64,000 bases of DNA from Opitutia bacterium (GCA_003558065.1 PWMU01000177.1:18045-82044), one strand, 5' to 3'; positions 48,870 to 58,072 are shown, numbered from the stretch's first letter. Translations and numbers: made by a program. Notes: generated by a model not told the origin, from the letters alone.

Positions 48870-49576
48870 ATGATCCTACGAAAACTGTCGCTTCTTCAGG
48901 TCATGCTCGCCGCCGTTGCGGCAGACGGGCAAAACGAGGGAGAAACCAGCCTTCCACCTCTCGACCTCCACCTTCTCGTCGGCCAGTCCAACATGGCCGG
49001 CCGCGGGGAACTGGAGGTAATCGACCAGACCCCATCCGCGCGTTTTCGCTCTCGGGCCGGAGGACGCGTGGCACCCGGCGGCCGAGCCGCTCCATTTCGA
49101 CAAGAGAAGCCGCGGTCGGCCTCATCCCGAGCGCCGTGGGTGGCACGTTTGTTTCCTACCGGGCACCCGATCACGAACTCGGCCTCTACAAAGAAGCCCT
49201 CCGCCGCTCCCGCATCGCGATGGAGACAGGAACTCTCCGCGCCATCATCTGGCAGCAGGGCGAATCCGATTCGACCGCTGAGCGTGCTCCGCGTTACAAG
49301 GACCGCCTTGTCGCATTGATGACCCGATTTCGCCGGGATCTCGGGGATCCTGGTCTCCCGCTCGTCCTTGGCGGCCTCGGAAGCTTTCTCAAATCCCCAC
49401 ACCACAAGACCGTGAACGCGGCGATCGAACAAGCCGCCGCCGAACTCCCGAACGCCACGTTCGTACCCGCCTCCGGCAAAGGGCATATCGACGACCGCCT
49501 CCACTTTAACGCCGCCGCCCAGCGCGAGAACGGCACCAACCTGGCTGAGGCGGTGCTTCAGCTCGAAGGGAGTTGA
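48870..49576 (+). pseudogene. Frameshifted SGNH/DUF303-type carbohydrate (sialate-like) O-acetylesterase
   Basis: Family motifs are split over three frames. LLVGQSNMAGRG runs in one frame up to about 49038. RVFALGPEDAWHPAAEPLHFDK runs in a second frame at about 49039-49095. EAAVGLIPSAVGGT...WQQGESDS...GHIDDRLHFN runs in a third frame to 49576. Confidence 0.6.
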
Positions 49577-49659
49577 ATCAGACGACACCGGGCGTCGGCA
49601 ATCGTCGCCAGCCAAAATTGTTGCGTCCGGTATTCCAGTTCCCTTGGATAGGACTACAA

Positions 49660-50562
49660 ATGCAGCTCATCGCCCGATTTTTTCTCATTTTTTCGGTGAC
49701 GACCGCATTGAGCCTATGCGCCGACATGGAAGCGGATGATCCTGAGATCACGGTTCTTTACGACGTTCCTTATCTGGGAAGCGATCGAGATGAAACACTC
49801 GATGCCTATCTCCCTTCGGAGGAGTTCGCGCGGCCGTTGCCGGCGGTGGTGCTGATTCACGGGGGCGGCTGGACCGGTGGAAACAAACGCGCCGCGCGAG
49901 AGATTAACATCGGAACAACGCTCGCTTCGAACGGCTTCGCAGTGTTCTCCATTTCCTATAAGCTGAACAGGCGGCTCGAAGGCGGAGGATTAGAAGTGGT
50001 CTGGCCCCAGAACATTTACGACTGTAAATCCGCCGTTCGTTATCTTCGTGCAAACGCCGACGAATACGGGATCGATCAAACGCGCATTGCTACGATGGGT
50101 GGCTCGGCCGGCGGTCATCTCGCGATGCTCGTGGGAACGACCAGTCACGTCGACGAACTCAATCAAGGCGGGCTCTACACCGATCAAAGCAATGAAGTCT
50201 CCTGCGTGCTCAACTTTTACGGTCGGCACGAACTCAGCGAACGGCGCCGTTATTTCGCCGGTGCAACGGAAAAGGAAACTGATGAGCGCGTGCGGCTCGC
50301 CTCCCCGGACACCTGGCTGGGCGAGAGAACCCCGCCGATACTCGTCGTCCAAGGCACGAAAGACCGGTCAGTGCCGCCTCGAATCGCGCGGGCTTTGGTG
50401 CGGCGTTTAGAGGATCTCAACATCGAACATGACTACATCGAAATCGACGGTGCGGGTCATTCATTCCACCTGCGGCCGAAGCAGATGGATCTCCGTCCCG
50501 CGGTGCTCGCGTTTCTGAAAAAACATCTCGGAGCCCCGAAGAAGATAACAAGGGACAATTGA
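49660..50562 (+). CDS. Alpha/beta hydrolase (esterase/lipase, HGGG type), secreted
   Basis: ATG at 49660 precedes a signal peptide. VVLIHGGGWTGG and the nucleophile elbow MGGSAGGH are present, with GAGHSF near the C-terminus. Confidence 0.8.
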   Translation: MQLIARFFLIFSVTTALSLCADMEADDPEITVLYDVPYLGSDRDETLDAYLPSEEFARPLPAVVLIHGGGWTGGNKRAAREINIGTTLASNGFAVFSISYKLNRRLEGGGLEVVWPQNIYDCKSAVRYLRANADEYGIDQTRIATMGGSAGGHLAMLVGTTSHVDELNQGGLYTDQSNEVSCVLNFYGRHELSERRRYFAGATEKETDERVRLASPDTWLGERTPPILVVQGTKDRSVPPRIARALVRRLEDLNIEHDYIEIDGAGHSFHLRPKQMDLRPAVLAFLKKHLGAPKKITRDN

Positions 50563-50618
50563 TGGGCGCTGGGGCGTAGAAATTTTCCCGGCTCCAGTTT
50601 GTCGCATCTTCGCTGTGA

Positions 50619-50705
50619 CTTTCCTCCGCATAGCGGAGGTTTGGGCTACACTAGGAAAGCGAAGCGCAGCCGGTTCAGGGGTAGGCCGGCTGTCCATTTT
50701 CTCCG
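50619..50705 (+). repeat. Copy 2 of the ~85-nt two-hairpin intergenic element
   Basis: TTTCCTCCGCATAGCGGAGGTTTGGGC...GCGCAGCCGGTTCAGGGGTAGGCCGGCTGTCCATTTTCTCC. Hairpin 1 is at 50623-50639. The hairpin 2 core arms are at 50667-50673 and 50686-50692. Confidence 0.6.
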
Positions 50706-50804
50706 GATTCTCAGCATTCTCGTTGCAGGATCCCGATTCATCGCGTTAATTCCGGTGAGATACGGTCGCTCTCAGCGAATAAACCCCTATCGGATCCCAG
50801 GAAA

Positions 50805-51581
50805 ATGCCCGCCGATCTGAACGTCCTGCACAACCTCTGCCGTCTCCGTTCGACCCTGGAATCCTTTGCCGTCGATCGATGGAGAGAGAGTCCGGCCCGC
50901 GCCGATATCAGTAAGGCGATGGAAAGCCGACTGTCCGATCTCCGGCAAAGGGCCGTCAAGAGCGATTACCAGGGATTTCACGATGTCGACACGCAGTTCC
51001 ACCGGGAACTTGTCGCCTCCTGCGGCCTCGCCTCGCTCCTGAAAAGCTGGGAAATGGTCGTCGCCGACCTCGACGAATGGATCCTTCACGTTCAGCAGGT
51101 TTACTGGCCCAGCCTGATGTCGCTTTACCGCGAGCACGAACTGCTCCTGGCCGCCTGGGATTCACCCGACCAATGGGTGGCGGAACAAGCAACCCATCAG
51201 CACCTGGAGGCGGGATGGTACCGGATTGCCGCCACGCAGGGGGAACTCCGGCCGGAAGTCGATGCGGTGGACCGGGCGGCCTCCTTTATCTCCACTCATT
51301 TCGGCAGCCAGCTCGACGTCGGCTGGATTGCCCGACAGGTCAGCTTTGTCAGCGCAAGCCATTTGACGCGCCTCTTTCGAAAGAAACAGGGGATCTCCCC
51401 CTACGCCTTCCTTCGGCAGGTTCGCCTTGAACGCGCCGCCGAACTGCTCCAAGCCTCCCCCGAGGAAATATCGACCATCGCTCACCGTGTCGGCTACAAG
51501 AACGTTTCGCATTTCGTGCGGGATTTTCGAACCCGATTCCAGATGACTCCGCTCACCTACCGCCGCCAGGCGCGTAAATGA
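50805..51581 (+). CDS. Transcriptional regulator: N-terminal FCD (FadR C-terminal-type) ligand-binding domain fused to a C-terminal AraC-type HTH
   Basis: The N-terminus LCRLRSTLESFAV...YQGFHDVDTQFHRELVASCGLASLLKSW...YREHELLLAAWDSPD...HQHLEAGW follows the FCD pattern. The C-terminus SASHLTRLFRKKQGISPYAFLRQVRLERAAELLQ...ISTIAHRVGYKNVSHFVRDFRTRFQMTPLTYRR is AraC-type. Confidence 0.75.
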   Translation: MPADLNVLHNLCRLRSTLESFAVDRWRESPARADISKAMESRLSDLRQRAVKSDYQGFHDVDTQFHRELVASCGLASLLKSWEMVVADLDEWILHVQQVYWPSLMSLYREHELLLAAWDSPDQWVAEQATHQHLEAGWYRIAATQGELRPEVDAVDRAASFISTHFGSQLDVGWIARQVSFVSASHLTRLFRKKQGISPYAFLRQVRLERAAELLQASPEEISTIAHRVGYKNVSHFVRDFRTRFQMTPLTYRRQARK

Positions 51582-51746
51582 GCGAGGGCCGCGTCGATTG
51601 CACCGCGACCGCGGACACCCCCAACCGGATATTCGATTTCGATCATTCCCCTGTGCATTACCAAGCAAACCGGCCACGTTAAGGCGAAGACGTTTGCAAT
51701 CCGGGCCGCCGTGCGGAAACTGGTTCAGGAATCCACCGCGTTACCG

Positions 51747-52907
51747 ATGTCATTCTCATTCCGAGATATCGAAATTGAAACTCCCACCCGCACGGGATCT
51801 CCGGCCGCCAGTTCAGGCGCCGCCCCGCGAAGCGACATCTACTACTGGAAAAGCGATCGCCCGGGCGCCTTCCAACGCGCGGCCAGCGAACGCCCGCAGC
51901 GGCCGGGCCTGCCGAAACTGCTCCTGGGCGAATTGCAGCGAACCTTTCCCGGCACCGAAATCACTCTGGAGCCGGCTCACGGCCAGGGGAACCACATCAC
52001 CTTCTTTGCGATAACGCCGGAATGGCGCGGATTCGTCCGGGTGGAGGACGGCCCCGAGAGGGACGACTTCATGGATGTCGAATCTTCCATCATCGAAACC
52101 GTGCGCGGCATCGGAATTCCCGCCCCCAAAGTGTATGCCGTCGATTCGAGCCGGAAGCGCGTCCCCTTCGCCTGGCAGGTACTGCAGTTAATCTCCGATC
52201 CCGACCTCAACCAGGTGGAAAAATCGGGCAAACTCGACATCCTCAAGGTGGCAAAGGAAATCGGGCGCTACGTCGCGTCCTGGCAATCGATACGGACCTG
52301 CGGTTTCGGTCCGTTCAACCCCGAGATCTTCCGAAGCTCCCGGCAACTGGCGGGACATCACTCGGATTACCCTTCGTACTTCCTTCTCCGCCTGCGCCGC
52401 CATCTCGCCTTTCTGCTCGATCACGGTTTTCTCGATTCGGAAAAAGCCGAGGAAATTATCGCGACCATCACTCATCACCGTCATCACCTGGAACTCACCG
52501 AAGGATGCCTCGTGCACAAGGACCTCGCGCTCTGGAATATCCTCGGCACGCCACAGCACATTTCCGCGTTCATTGACTGGGAGGACGCCATCAGCGGCGA
52601 TCCCCTCGACGACTTGTCCCTCGTGGGTTGTTTCCATCCGGGAGAAGTGGTTACCCAAGCCCTGCAGGGGTATCAGGAACTGCGGACGCTGCCTGACAAC
52701 CACCGGGCCCGTTTCTGGTTGCACCTGCTCCGGAATATGCTGGTCAAGGCGGTGGTCCGTCTCGGTTCCGGTTTTTTCGAGCGCTCGGATGAATTATTCC
52801 TGATCAATGCCGGCGCCACCGGAAAGGACTTGAGCTCGTTCACCCGTGAACGTATCCACGCGGCGCTGTCCGGATTGACCGGCAACAAAGAGGTCGCCGA
52901 CTTATGA
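51747..52907 (+). CDS. APH/protein-kinase-fold phosphotransferase (small-molecule kinase)
   Basis: CLVHKDLALWNIL (HxDxxxxN) and FIDWEDAISGDPLDDL. An alternative GTG start lies at 51711. The stop overlaps the aldolase start (ATGA at 52904-52907). Confidence 0.75.
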   Translation: MSFSFRDIEIETPTRTGSPAASSGAAPRSDIYYWKSDRPGAFQRAASERPQRPGLPKLLLGELQRTFPGTEITLEPAHGQGNHITFFAITPEWRGFVRVEDGPERDDFMDVESSIIETVRGIGIPAPKVYAVDSSRKRVPFAWQVLQLISDPDLNQVEKSGKLDILKVAKEIGRYVASWQSIRTCGFGPFNPEIFRSSRQLAGHHSDYPSYFLLRLRRHLAFLLDHGFLDSEKAEEIIATITHHRHHLELTEGCLVHKDLALWNILGTPQHISAFIDWEDAISGDPLDDLSLVGCFHPGEVVTQALQGYQELRTLPDNHRARFWLHLLRNMLVKAVVRLGSGFFERSDELFLINAGATGKDLSSFTRERIHAALSGLTGNKEVADL

Positions 52908-53668
52908 ACGATGCCGCGGCAGCACGCCTTCGCTCCGGCGCCGAATGCCTGGGCACCTGGCTTTCGATCGGCGCACCCATGATCAGCGAACTCGCGGTGG
53001 AATGCGGATTCGACTGGCTCCTTTTCGATCTTGAACACGGACGCGCCTCAGAGGATGACATCCTGCCCAACCTGCAGGCCGTCCGTGGATCCCAGGCCGC
53101 CGCCATCGTACGCGTCGGCGCCCCGGCGAGCGATCTCATTCTGCGAGTCCTCGACTGGGGAGCGGACGGTATCATGGTCCCCCACGTCGCCAACCGCGCG
53201 GAAGCCGAACACTGCGTGAAAGCCGTTCGCTACCCTCCCGACGGACACCGGGGCTTTTCCAGTTCGGCCCGGGCCTACGGCTACGGCCTCCGTGCGCCCG
53301 ATCTCTCCAAACCGCTGCCGGAACCCTTCCTGACCATGCAGATCGAAACGATCGAAGGGGTGGAAAACGTACGGGAAATCGCGGGTGTCAACGGCGTTGA
53401 CGCCCTATTTGTCGGCCCTTCCGACTTGAAGTTCAACCTGGCCCGCAACGGCGGGAAATACCCGGCTTACACCCAATGCCTGGATCGGATCGCCAAGGCC
53501 GCCAAAGAAGCCGGGATACCGTGGGGAATCCTCGTACGCGAACCTTCAAAACTGGAAATCCTGCGATCGATGGGCGCGACCCTCTTGGCCGTCGACTCCG
53601 ACCTCGGAATACTGCGAGAAGGGTACCGGGCCATTCTTCAAGAAAACAGCGGTCCGGCGGAACAATAG
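52904..53668 (+). CDS. HpcH/HpaI family 2-keto-3-deoxy-sugar-acid aldolase
   Basis: GTWLSIGAPMISELAVECGFDWLLFDLEHG, VRVGAP....ILRVLDWGADGIMVPHV, RYPPDGHRGF and QIETIEGVENV..IAGVNGVDALFVGPSDL. Confidence 0.85.
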   Translation: MNDAAAARLRSGAECLGTWLSIGAPMISELAVECGFDWLLFDLEHGRASEDDILPNLQAVRGSQAAAIVRVGAPASDLILRVLDWGADGIMVPHVANRAEAEHCVKAVRYPPDGHRGFSSSARAYGYGLRAPDLSKPLPEPFLTMQIETIEGVENVREIAGVNGVDALFVGPSDLKFNLARNGGKYPAYTQCLDRIAKAAKEAGIPWGILVREPSKLEILRSMGATLLAVDSDLGILREGYRAILQENSGPAEQ

Positions 53669-53806
53669 GTCCCGCCGGACCGTGACTTGTCCTTCCCCAA
53701 CTCCGTTCCCTATCATCCGTCAGCGCAAGTCCGCCAGGTGAATCCGCGAAATGGGGACATCCCAAAAACCGCTTTTCATTCGATTCAGACCCGCCCGGGT
53801 TTGATG

Positions 53807-54587
53807 CTAATGGCTCGAATTCCGGAACCCATACTTCTCCCCCAGGTGGCGGCCGACCTTGTCCCGTTCGGACACCGAAAGCGCGCGGCCGAAAATCAGG
53901 ATCTCCGCGATCTCTCCTTCCCAGTACCACGACCCGTGGTCATTCCCAATGCGGAACATCAGGCCTTCGCTCGCACTCGTATTTCCGGCTCCGGAAAGAC
54001 GTTCATCGGACGCAACGGTCCGCCCGTTTACGTATAACGAGGTATCCGCACCGGCGAAGTCCACCGTCGCGCCGACCAACCTCCAGGCTCCCGTTTCCAC
54101 CCCACCCCCGGCCAACCGCTCAAGATTCCCGCCACCCAAACCGCCCATAGCCGTCCCCCGGGAGTTCGGTCAACCCCGATCACCATCGCATAATCGCGCA
54201 CCTCATCGGAATACTCCGGCCCCGGTTTGGTGTTGATCCGAACCGGCTGAACGGTGATATCCAATTCATCTCCCGAGAGAGCAACGGGAAGTCGTGCTCC
54301 GTCGGAAACCTCCGCCCGAATCTGTCCTGGACGCCAAAGTACGCCGGAGGCCATGCCCATTCCGGCAACACCCACAACACAAAGCTGTATTCGGCGTAGG
54401 GGAGCGGCGGGATATCCTCCACCCGCTCCGGCAATGGCACGGATGAGTCCCACAGCTCGATCGGCGTGTCAGCACCAAGAAAAAGCGGTACCGACAGGAA
54501 AAAAGCGACGCCGAAGAACAGGCCGTAACGGCTGTCATCCACGGCTAAGTCCGAACGTTTTGTCAACATGGTGTGGTTTTTATTCAT
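53807..54587 (-). pseudogene. Frameshifted chimeric remnant: BNR-propeller family N-terminus joined to a LamG C-terminal half
   Basis: It spans three frames. The first carries a signal-like MLTKRS...FFGVAFFLSVPLFLGA. The second carries [30 protein letters not shown]; compare [30 protein letters not shown] in the 54968..56314 protein. The third carries WRLVGATVDFAGADTSLYVNGR...WYWEGEIAEILIFGRALSVSERDKVGRHLGEKYGF, a LamG tail. Confidence 0.55.
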
Positions 54588-54900
54588 TTATCCTCCCTTG
54601 GCCACTGATCTTCCCTTCCAACACGGAAAAACCGGCGCCTCTGCGAAGATCCGACGCAGGCATCGGCACCTCCCACATAGGCACGACGGGGGTCCCCTCC
54701 GGGGTGAACTTACCCGTTTGAATCTTCCGGCTGCCGACCGTGACTTCCGTCCCGGCGTCCGTCTTTTCCACGGTACCGGCAAAAGACTCATCGAGGTCAC
54801 CGACGGTACGTTCCGCAGGGGCAATCCCGCCACCCAAAACCGCAAACAACAAACCGATCGCGGTATTTCTTATGGTCCTTCGTTTCAGTCGATTTCTCAT
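54580..54900 (-). CDS. Small secreted hypothetical protein
   Basis: ATG at 54900 gives MRNRLKRRTIRNTAIGLLFAVLGGGIAPA, a signal peptide. About 106 aa. It lies between the BNR gene and the remnant on the same strand. Confidence 0.45.
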   Translation of the reverse strand: MRNRLKRRTIRNTAIGLLFAVLGGGIAPAERTVGDLDESFAGTVEKTDAGTEVTVGSRKIQTGKFTPEGTPVVPMWEVPMPASDLRRGAGFSVLEGKISGQGRINE

Positions 54901-54967
54901 GGCACCACCAAGTATTTCGCATTTCGGTTTTCTCCCGGGGCTCATCAAAAGCGGCTCCCCCGCCCTT

Positions 54968-56314
54968 TCAGTTCGCCCGGTGAATCCGCATTTTGAGCCG
55001 CGAATTCGGATGAACCAGTTCCTTCTCGAAGATATCCTCCTCCCTGATTCGGGCCATCAAGATTTCACCAAGCTCGCTCCGTTCCCGGTCATACGAAATG
55101 TAGATGGTTCCGTCCGGTGCCTGAACGGCGTCCGGATACGAGATTCCACTGCGCTCGTCGAGCATCAGCCCGCCACGCCAGGTGACGCCGTCGTCGTCGG
55201 AAAGCCAGGCCGTGAGCTTGCTTCTCCCTTCGTGCGAGTCGAGCGTTTCGCCGTGTTTGATCAACAGAATCCGGCCGGAGGCAAGGCGGCGAATATGGAA
55301 CCGGGCGACCGGGTGGTCGATTCCGTCCAGCTCCACAGGTTCCGACCACGTCTCGCCTCGGTCCTCGGAAACACTCTCCATAATGCCTCTGTCGGTGCGG
55401 CCCAACATCCACAACGTACGGTCCTCCCGCTCGACGATCATGGTCTCGTGCCAATTCGGGTCGGGAAAATCTCTCTGCCCTCGCCTCTCCCAGGTCTCTC
55501 CCTCGTCGGTCGAAGCAAACACATGCGCGCCCCGATAGGGATCCAGTTCCGGGAATATGCCGCTGAACGGCCCCCGACCATCCCTCGGGGGTTGCAGCAA
55601 GTAGACCGGCAAGAGCCATTCCCCGGTTGATAGCACGGTCGGTTTATTCAGCATGACTCCGTGCCAGATACGGCGAGGCTGGGACCATTCGGGGTTTTCA
55701 TCGTCGGGATTCTCACAGATGGAAAACCACAATCCCTGGCGTCCGTCGTGATGATTCATCGTCTGGTCGAAGAAAAACCAGAGCCGCCCGAGAGGGTCCG
55801 TCCAGAAATTCCCCACAATAACACTGCGCGGAAACGGCAGATCGGGCGACTGGCTGTCAATCACCAGCCTGGGGTCGGACCAGGTTTCGCCGTCGTCGTC
55901 GCTCGTCGCGGCGACCATGAATGCTTCCGGCCCATCCTCCCCGGCAACCCACGCCGCCCAAAGCCTGCCTCCCGGCGTCCGCTCGATGCCGATGGTCATT
56001 CCGTAATCGAGGTTGTCGTAGTCGTACTCCGGCAAGGGATCGGTGTTCATGACCGGTGGAATCAGGGTCAGGTCGGCGATCCGCCGCATCACCTCGGTGT
56101 CGTATTCCTCCGGAGACATCGCGGTAAACCAGCGTTTGTAGTCCCGCGCCTCCTCCGGCGTCATCGCCGCAAAATGCTCCAGCCGCTCATCCAACGTCAT
56201 CCCGGCCAGGGAGCGGACCGGCGAGTCCGGGGTCTCCGCAAGAAGTGAAAACGGTAGCAACAACGTCACCAATAACACTGCTTCAGCCGTCCGTCTTGTT
56301 CTGTATTCTTTCAT
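54968..56314 (-). CDS. BNR/Asp-box beta-propeller glycosidase-like protein (sialidase fold), secreted
   Basis: A signal peptide follows the ATG at 56314. Four Asp-boxes are present: [24 protein letters not shown] and SDDDGVTW. Confidence 0.85.
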   Translation of the reverse strand: MKEYRTRRTAEAVLLVTLLLPFSLLAETPDSPVRSLAGMTLDERLEHFAAMTPEEARDYKRWFTAMSPEEYDTEVMRRIADLTLIPPVMNTDPLPEYDYDNLDYGMTIGIERTPGGRLWAAWVAGEDGPEAFMVAATSDDDGETWSDPRLVIDSQSPDLPFPRSVIVGNFWTDPLGRLWFFFDQTMNHHDGRQGLWFSICENPDDENPEWSQPRRIWHGVMLNKPTVLSTGEWLLPVYLLQPPRDGRGPFSGIFPELDPYRGAHVFASTDEGETWERRGQRDFPDPNWHETMIVEREDRTLWMLGRTDRGIMESVSEDRGETWSEPVELDGIDHPVARFHIRRLASGRILLIKHGETLDSHEGRSKLTAWLSDDDGVTWRGGLMLDERSGISYPDAVQAPDGTIYISYDRERSELGEILMARIREEDIFEKELVHPNSRLKMRIHRAN

Positions 56315-56386
56315 GCCCGCCCTCCATTCGTTGTGGTTTCCCATGAACGGCGTCCCTCGTCGGGGACAACCGAAAAGCCAATAGTA

Positions 56387-58015
56387 TCATTGTTTTATTC
56401 CCGGATTCAAAACCCCATCAATCCAATCGCAGTTACCCACACCCTTCGTTTGCATACCCGCAACCTCCTGAATCCACCAATGATGAACGTTCACCCTGCG
56501 CCCGCTTTCATCGTACGCTATGCTCGATTGAATCAGCAGACGCTCCGGCTCTTCGGGATCGTGCCTTCCGACAATCGCGTTTGTCGAATATGAATCCAGG
56601 TCGTCCGTCGCGCCTTTGTTCAGAAATACTCCCTCTTCCCAGTTGATGCCGTCCCGTGATGTGTAAAGCACCAGGTGCCGGGGATCGTCGCCCCATTGCC
56701 CGCTACGACCGTGCATGAAGTAGTACCCGCCGATCTTTTCGGAAAGCTGAGGATTTCTTATTCGCTTGGCCAGATAGGTCGTCTCCACGTCCGACCAGGT
56801 GCGACCGTCGTCACCACTGATCGAATACTGGATATAATGCTCGTCGTCAGGATTGTAGGTGTAGGCTATAAGGTCCCCCCCGTCCAGGACCGTCATGGCG
56901 CCGTACCCCTGCAAGCGGGCAAACGGAAGAACGCTCCGCTCCTTGAATCTCTCCCCGTTGTCCGTGGATACATAGAGCCGGTGGCGTTCGGCGGGAAGAT
57001 CCCGGAACAGCACATAAAGCACTTCGTCATACACCAGGGAGGCTTCATCCCTTACCACCCTGGGCACGCTCCCCGCGGGATCGACCTCGCGCGCTTCGCT
57101 CCAGGTTCGGCCATGGTCGTAACTTCTCAGGAAAACGCAGGTGTCCGCACCCCAACGGTAATCGGTGTACCGCCGCACAATGGCCACGAGGGTTCCGTTC
57201 GGGGCGGTCATTATTTCGTCCACGAGCGCCGAATGAAACTCCTCTCCTTCCCAGATCTCCTTCGAATAATCGAGAACATACGGCGCCGACCAGCTCTCGC
57301 CCCCGTCTTCGGAGATCTTATACTCGGCCCATCCGCTCACACTGTGACCGCCCCAGGAGGTGGGCGAGGTGTTCGGGTAAAAAGCTATGATGTCACCGTT
57401 CTGCGCTTCGGTAATCGCGTGTCCGCCGTGACCGGAGCGATCGTTCGCGCCGTGGTCGACGAACAGGAGGCCCTCATTCGGAATGTCCTCCGGTTCGATG
57501 GTCGCAATCCCGGGCGCCGAAGGAATCGGAGCATGGCAATAGGTGTCCGCATGGTTAAAATGGTCCGACAGATCCTGCAGCCGGGTCACGCTCCCCTCCC
57601 CTGCGATTGCGTTCAAACCGTTGAGGTGAAGCACAAGACCGTCGACGACGGGAGGGTCCGCCGGTTCATCCAGGTCGAAATCAACACTGAGATAGGTGTG
57701 GTGCAGGTAGTCTTCGACCGCATTCCTCTCCGAGAGAGAAAGGCTGCGATTATACACCAGGATCGCGGCGATATCTCCGTCAAAATCCTCCGGATTCGAC
57801 GGCACCTCCGCGTAATTTCCACTCCCGTCGAACCTCACGGCGTGCATACCTGATGGCGTCGCCCCTTCAACCAAGAGGGGTTTGCCCGGAGAGGATTCCT
57901 TCACCTCGACGTCCTGAGGGGAGTCGGCAGAAAACAACGGCTGCATGGAGCCAACGACGCTCGCCAGAACGCATCCGAAAACTCCCGCCCGCACCTTAAC
58001 CGCGGACCTTTTCAT
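56387..58015 (-). CDS. BNR/Asp-box beta-propeller protein with an internally shortened N-terminal LamG-like segment, secreted
   Basis: Signal peptide MKRSAVKVRAGVFGCVLASVVG. Asp-boxes SEDGGESW, SYDHGRTW, SGDDGRTW and SRDGINW are present. The N-terminus RFDGSGNYAEVPSNPEDFDG joins directly to DIAAILVYNRSLSLSERNAVEDYL. Confidence 0.8.
   Translation of the reverse strand: MKRSAVKVRAGVFGCVLASVVGSMQPLFSADSPQDVEVKESSPGKPLLVEGATPSGMHAVRFDGSGNYAEVPSNPEDFDGDIAAILVYNRSLSLSERNAVEDYLHHTYLSVDFDLDEPADPPVVDGLVLHLNGLNAIAGEGSVTRLQDLSDHFNHADTYCHAPIPSAPGIATIEPEDIPNEGLLFVDHGANDRSGHGGHAITEAQNGDIIAFYPNTSPTSWGGHSVSGWAEYKISEDGGESWSAPYVLDYSKEIWEGEEFHSALVDEIMTAPNGTLVAIVRRYTDYRWGADTCVFLRSYDHGRTWSEAREVDPAGSVPRVVRDEASLVYDEVLYVLFRDLPAERHRLYVSTDNGERFKERSVLPFARLQGYGAMTVLDGGDLIAYTYNPDDEHYIQYSISGDDGRTWSDVETTYLAKRIRNPQLSEKIGGYYFMHGRSGQWGDDPRHLVLYTSRDGINWEEGVFLNKGATDDLDSYSTNAIVGRHDPEEPERLLIQSSIAYDESGRRVNVHHWWIQEVAGMQTKGVGNCDWIDGVLNPGIKQ
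56468..56690 (-). repeat. Shared 3'-coding segment, copy A, of the BNR/LamG paralogs
   Basis: About 75-80% nucleotide identity by eye to 60062..60282. It encodes DPRHLVLYTSRDGINWEEGVFLNKGATDDLDSYSTNAIVGRHD..ERLLIQSSIAYDESGRRVNVHHWWI. Confidence 0.7.
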
Positions 58016-58072
58016 TGATCCGGCCGACTCCGCGGGTTCACGACTCGATCTGTCTCTGTCATAGGTAATGTA

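Noticed and set aside
56468-56690. Diversity-generating retroelement (template/variable repeat) explanation for the 56.5 kb / 60.1 kb repeat pair
   Set aside because: Substitutions between the copies involve all bases, not adenine-specific positions. No reverse transcriptase gene is present in the window.
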